Origin: Lama guanicoe
Taxonomy: Eukaryota
Assembly: GCA_013239625.1 (NCBI GenBank)
Contig: MU054220.1
Location: forward strand, 3,101,374 to 3,165,373
Reading direction: 5' to 3'
DNA: 64,000 bases
Positions 61,551-64,000 of the stretch are shown one piece after another. Position 1 is the first letter of the stretch. Every line of letters begins with the position of its first letter. The notes below the pieces were generated by a model. It had not been told where the DNA came from and searched no databases. It saw only the letters and a list, made by a program, of their open reading frames with translations. A program made the position numbers and the translations under genes.

Positions 61551-61907
61551 GCCTCCTAGTCCCTGATCTGTCCCCTCCGTGTGGGTCTCAGACTCTCAGA
61601 CTGTCTGGGCTGGATGGGGCCTTAGTGGCTGATGGGGCAGTGGGGCGGGGTTGGGGAGGAGAGGCACTGGGTGAGGGGAGCTGGGCTGCCTGTCTTCTGG
61701 TGGCTTTGTGAAGGTGACATGGCATCTCTAAGCCTCTGTTTTGCAGGTTTGAATGGAAAATTATAGATGCCTACAACAAAGGGATGTTGAGAGAATTAGA
61801 GATAATATATGTAGGTAGGAGTAAATACTCAACTAGTCCCTGCTGGCTAAATGATAGCAATTGTTATGTGAAGCCAGAAAGAGCTGGGATTAAATTCCAG
61901 CTCCAAG

Positions 61908-62066
61908 GAGGGAGGGTGTAGCTCAGTGGTAGAATGCATGCCTGGCATGCACAAGGTCCTGGGTTCAATCCCACTACCTCCATTAAGTAAATAAATAAAC
62001 CTCCTCCCACAAAAAGCCCAAAAACAACAACAACAAAAATTTTTTAAAAATAAAAATAAAAATAAA
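61908..62066 (+). mobile_element. Camelid Vic-1-like SINE with TSD, inserted in a MIR (about 61865-62250)
   Basis: gtgtagctcagtggtagaatgcatgcctggcatgcacaaggtcctgggttcaatccc; TSD tccagctccaag at 61896-61907 and 62067-62078. Confidence 0.92.
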
Positions 62067-62409
62067 TCCAGCTCCAAGATTTATGAACTGTGTGATCTTA
62101 CACTTTTTTTCTCTGATCCTTTAATGCCGTCATCTGTAATTTGGAGATAATAAAGTTGATATCATAAGGCAGTGCTGAGGGCTAAATAAGATCATGCCAA
62201 TGAAAGTAGTTTGTAAACCATAAAGCACTTCTCAACTGTGGAGTGTTATCATGAGCTCCTGCTGACCGGTCACCTCTTTTCTGCTGGGGGCCCTTTGGAA
62301 TCACTTTCTCTCACAGCAGGCAGCCCCCCATTTTTCTTTTCTTGCCTCCCCTGCCCCCTGCAGGTGTTTGCCGAGGCTCCCGGTGGATGCCACCTGTCCA
62401 TGTGTCCAT

Positions 62410-62665
62410 TCATGATTCATTCAACAAATATGTGTACCTGGTGATGAAAGTCTGGTAGAGCAAACATTGAGACTCTGGTCTTGGAATTTGCTGTCCAGTG
62501 GGAGAGACAGTTGTTAACCCAATCACCACACAAATAAATATATTATTACAAACTGTGAAAAGTGCACGAAGAAGTACAGCAAGCTAGGGGAATTCACAAC
62601 AGGGGTGTAGTTTAGGGAAGAAGAGCATGGCTGGCCTCCCTGAGGAGGTGACATTTAGGCCAAGA
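62410..62665 (-). mobile_element. L2 LINE fragment
   Basis: ttcattcaacaaatatg...gtccagtgggagagacag...cctccctgaggaggtgacatttaggc. Confidence 0.75.
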
Positions 62666-63294
62666 CACTATTCTTGCTGTAGCCTTGCTGTGATGAGCAT
62701 GCGGGATGTAGACTGGATCCAAGGCTCCCTCTTGTCCCTGTGGACCAAGGGCTGTGTTCCAGCCATCCCTGGGCACCATGGAGCCTCCCAAAATGGACAA
62801 GCCAGGAAAGCTCCAAGCCTCTGCTCTCTGCAACCCCTAGCCTGGGATGGGCCCCTGAGCTCTCCTGGACCTTCCCTGAGAAAGCCAGGATCTCAGTCAG
62901 TGACTCATAAGCAAAATCTCCTCTTGGTCTCGGAGGAAGTCTCCATCTTCACATGAATGTACCTAAGGGCTGAGCCTCAGTTTCTCCATCTGCCAAAGTG
63001 GGTAAAGATTCCTGCCCCACACACCTTCCAGGTGAGAACAAGGAACCTAGGGCTGGAGGTGATTTGCAAAAGCCTGAGACGTGCCTGCTCACATCAGAAC
63101 CTCCTTTACCTTGCTCCCTTTCATGTGCGCCACTCCCATTCCTTCTTTCCTTCACTTCCCAAACTGGTAAAGCCATGGGTGGGGAAAGGCTCAGACTTCC
63201 CTCTTGCCAGTCCCCTTCCTGGGCACAGAGCCTTGTCCCAGATATGCCCAACTTCTCTTCATAGACGGTTCATCAGAATTTTAAACTTTAGGAG

Positions 63295-63610
63295 CAACAG
63301 GTTAGGAGCCAGACAGACCAAGGGTCAAATCCTATCTCTGTGGCTTCCTTGCTGTATGATTTTGGGTAAGGTCATACGGCATATATATATTTGGTGTTCT
63401 CCACTAACTCAGACTTGGTTGTCTGGACCTCCAGTTCCTCATCTGTAAAATGGGTACAAACTCAAGTCTGAGCCGAGAGCGTTGTTGCGAGGACTAGGTG
63501 TAATAATATCAGTAGATGGCTTAGCTTGGCTTGTGAGATGGACTTAATAAAAAAATCTAAAATAAACAAGCACCTTACAAAGTGCTTGCCCTGGGCTAGG
63601 CATGGTGCCA
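63295..63610 (+). mobile_element. MIR SINE
   Basis: ggagccagacagacc...gctgtatgattttgggtaag...cagttcctcatctgtaaaatggg. Confidence 0.75.
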
Positions 63611-63889
63611 GGAGACTGGAACATTGAAGGCAAAAGAAAATGGAGGCAGCTGAAAACAGAGATGATGGTGGAGCCATGGTGGGTGCTCTGGGCTGGTGTC
63701 GGGAGAGCTGGCGCTGGATCCCTAACTTGCTGGGTGACCTGGGTTACTCACCTAGCCAGGTGCCGAGGAAGCCCAGGGAAGGACAGCCTCTTGCCAAGTC
63801 TGGGGAGCAGGGCCTTGAGACAAGAGAAGTTTTACATTTTCTGTTTTCAGGAGCATTTGGGGGTGGGGGTGGGGTGGGGAAGGAAGCTT

Positions 63890-64000
63890 CTGGTTATGAA
63901 ATCAACACATGCTCATTTTAGAAAACATGAAAATGACTTTAAAGTATAAAGAAGTAAATAAAAATGATCTCAAATTTCCCTACCCTGAATAACCACTGTT
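63890..64000 (-). mobile_element. Old L1ME 3' end fragment
   Basis: aacacatgctcattttagaaaa...aagtataaagaag...ataaccactgtt. Confidence 0.5.

Noticed and set aside
61634..63880. G-quadruplex-like G-runs (61634-61656 and about 63859-63879)
   Set aside because: Common in GC-rich mammalian DNA; no contextual support for function
1..64000. The many 60-238 aa ORFs as protein-coding genes (e.g. 48272-48988, 6438-7073, 30386-30970, 5649-6197)
   Set aside because: No recognisable domains, many non-ATG starts, composition typical of random frames, and many run through MIR/L2/MLT repeats
1..64000. CRISPR array, operon or other prokaryote-style system
   Set aside because: No regularly spaced repeat-spacer array and no gene-dense organisation; the sequence is clearly mammalian

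Overview
Mammalian non-coding DNA, most likely camelid (alpaca/llama/camel). This rests on four copies of a tRNA-derived SINE matching the Vic-1 family and four young artiodactyl-type L1 3' ends. I find no protein-coding exon, RNA gene or CRISPR/prokaryotic system; the ORF track looks like noise or decayed transposon sequence. Much of the window is interspersed repeat: very dense MIR and L2, old L1M, a fragmented CR1/L3, MaLR/ERVL solo LTRs and hAT/Tigger DNA transposons. Between them lie many repeat-free, motif-dense islands that look like conserved enhancers, suggesting a gene desert or very long intron. The most unusual signals directly visible are short locally templated copies at 42-55 kb, above all a composite insertion at 53941-54049 built from a direct copy of 55219-55246 and an inverted copy of 54932-55013 joined at a microhomology. 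Also notable are an apparently internally primed L1 with a target-site duplication (TSD) and a fossil Charlie-type transposase C-terminus. I see no convincing new biological system. Repeat subfamily names come from recalled consensus sequences, and most repeat boundaries are approximate.
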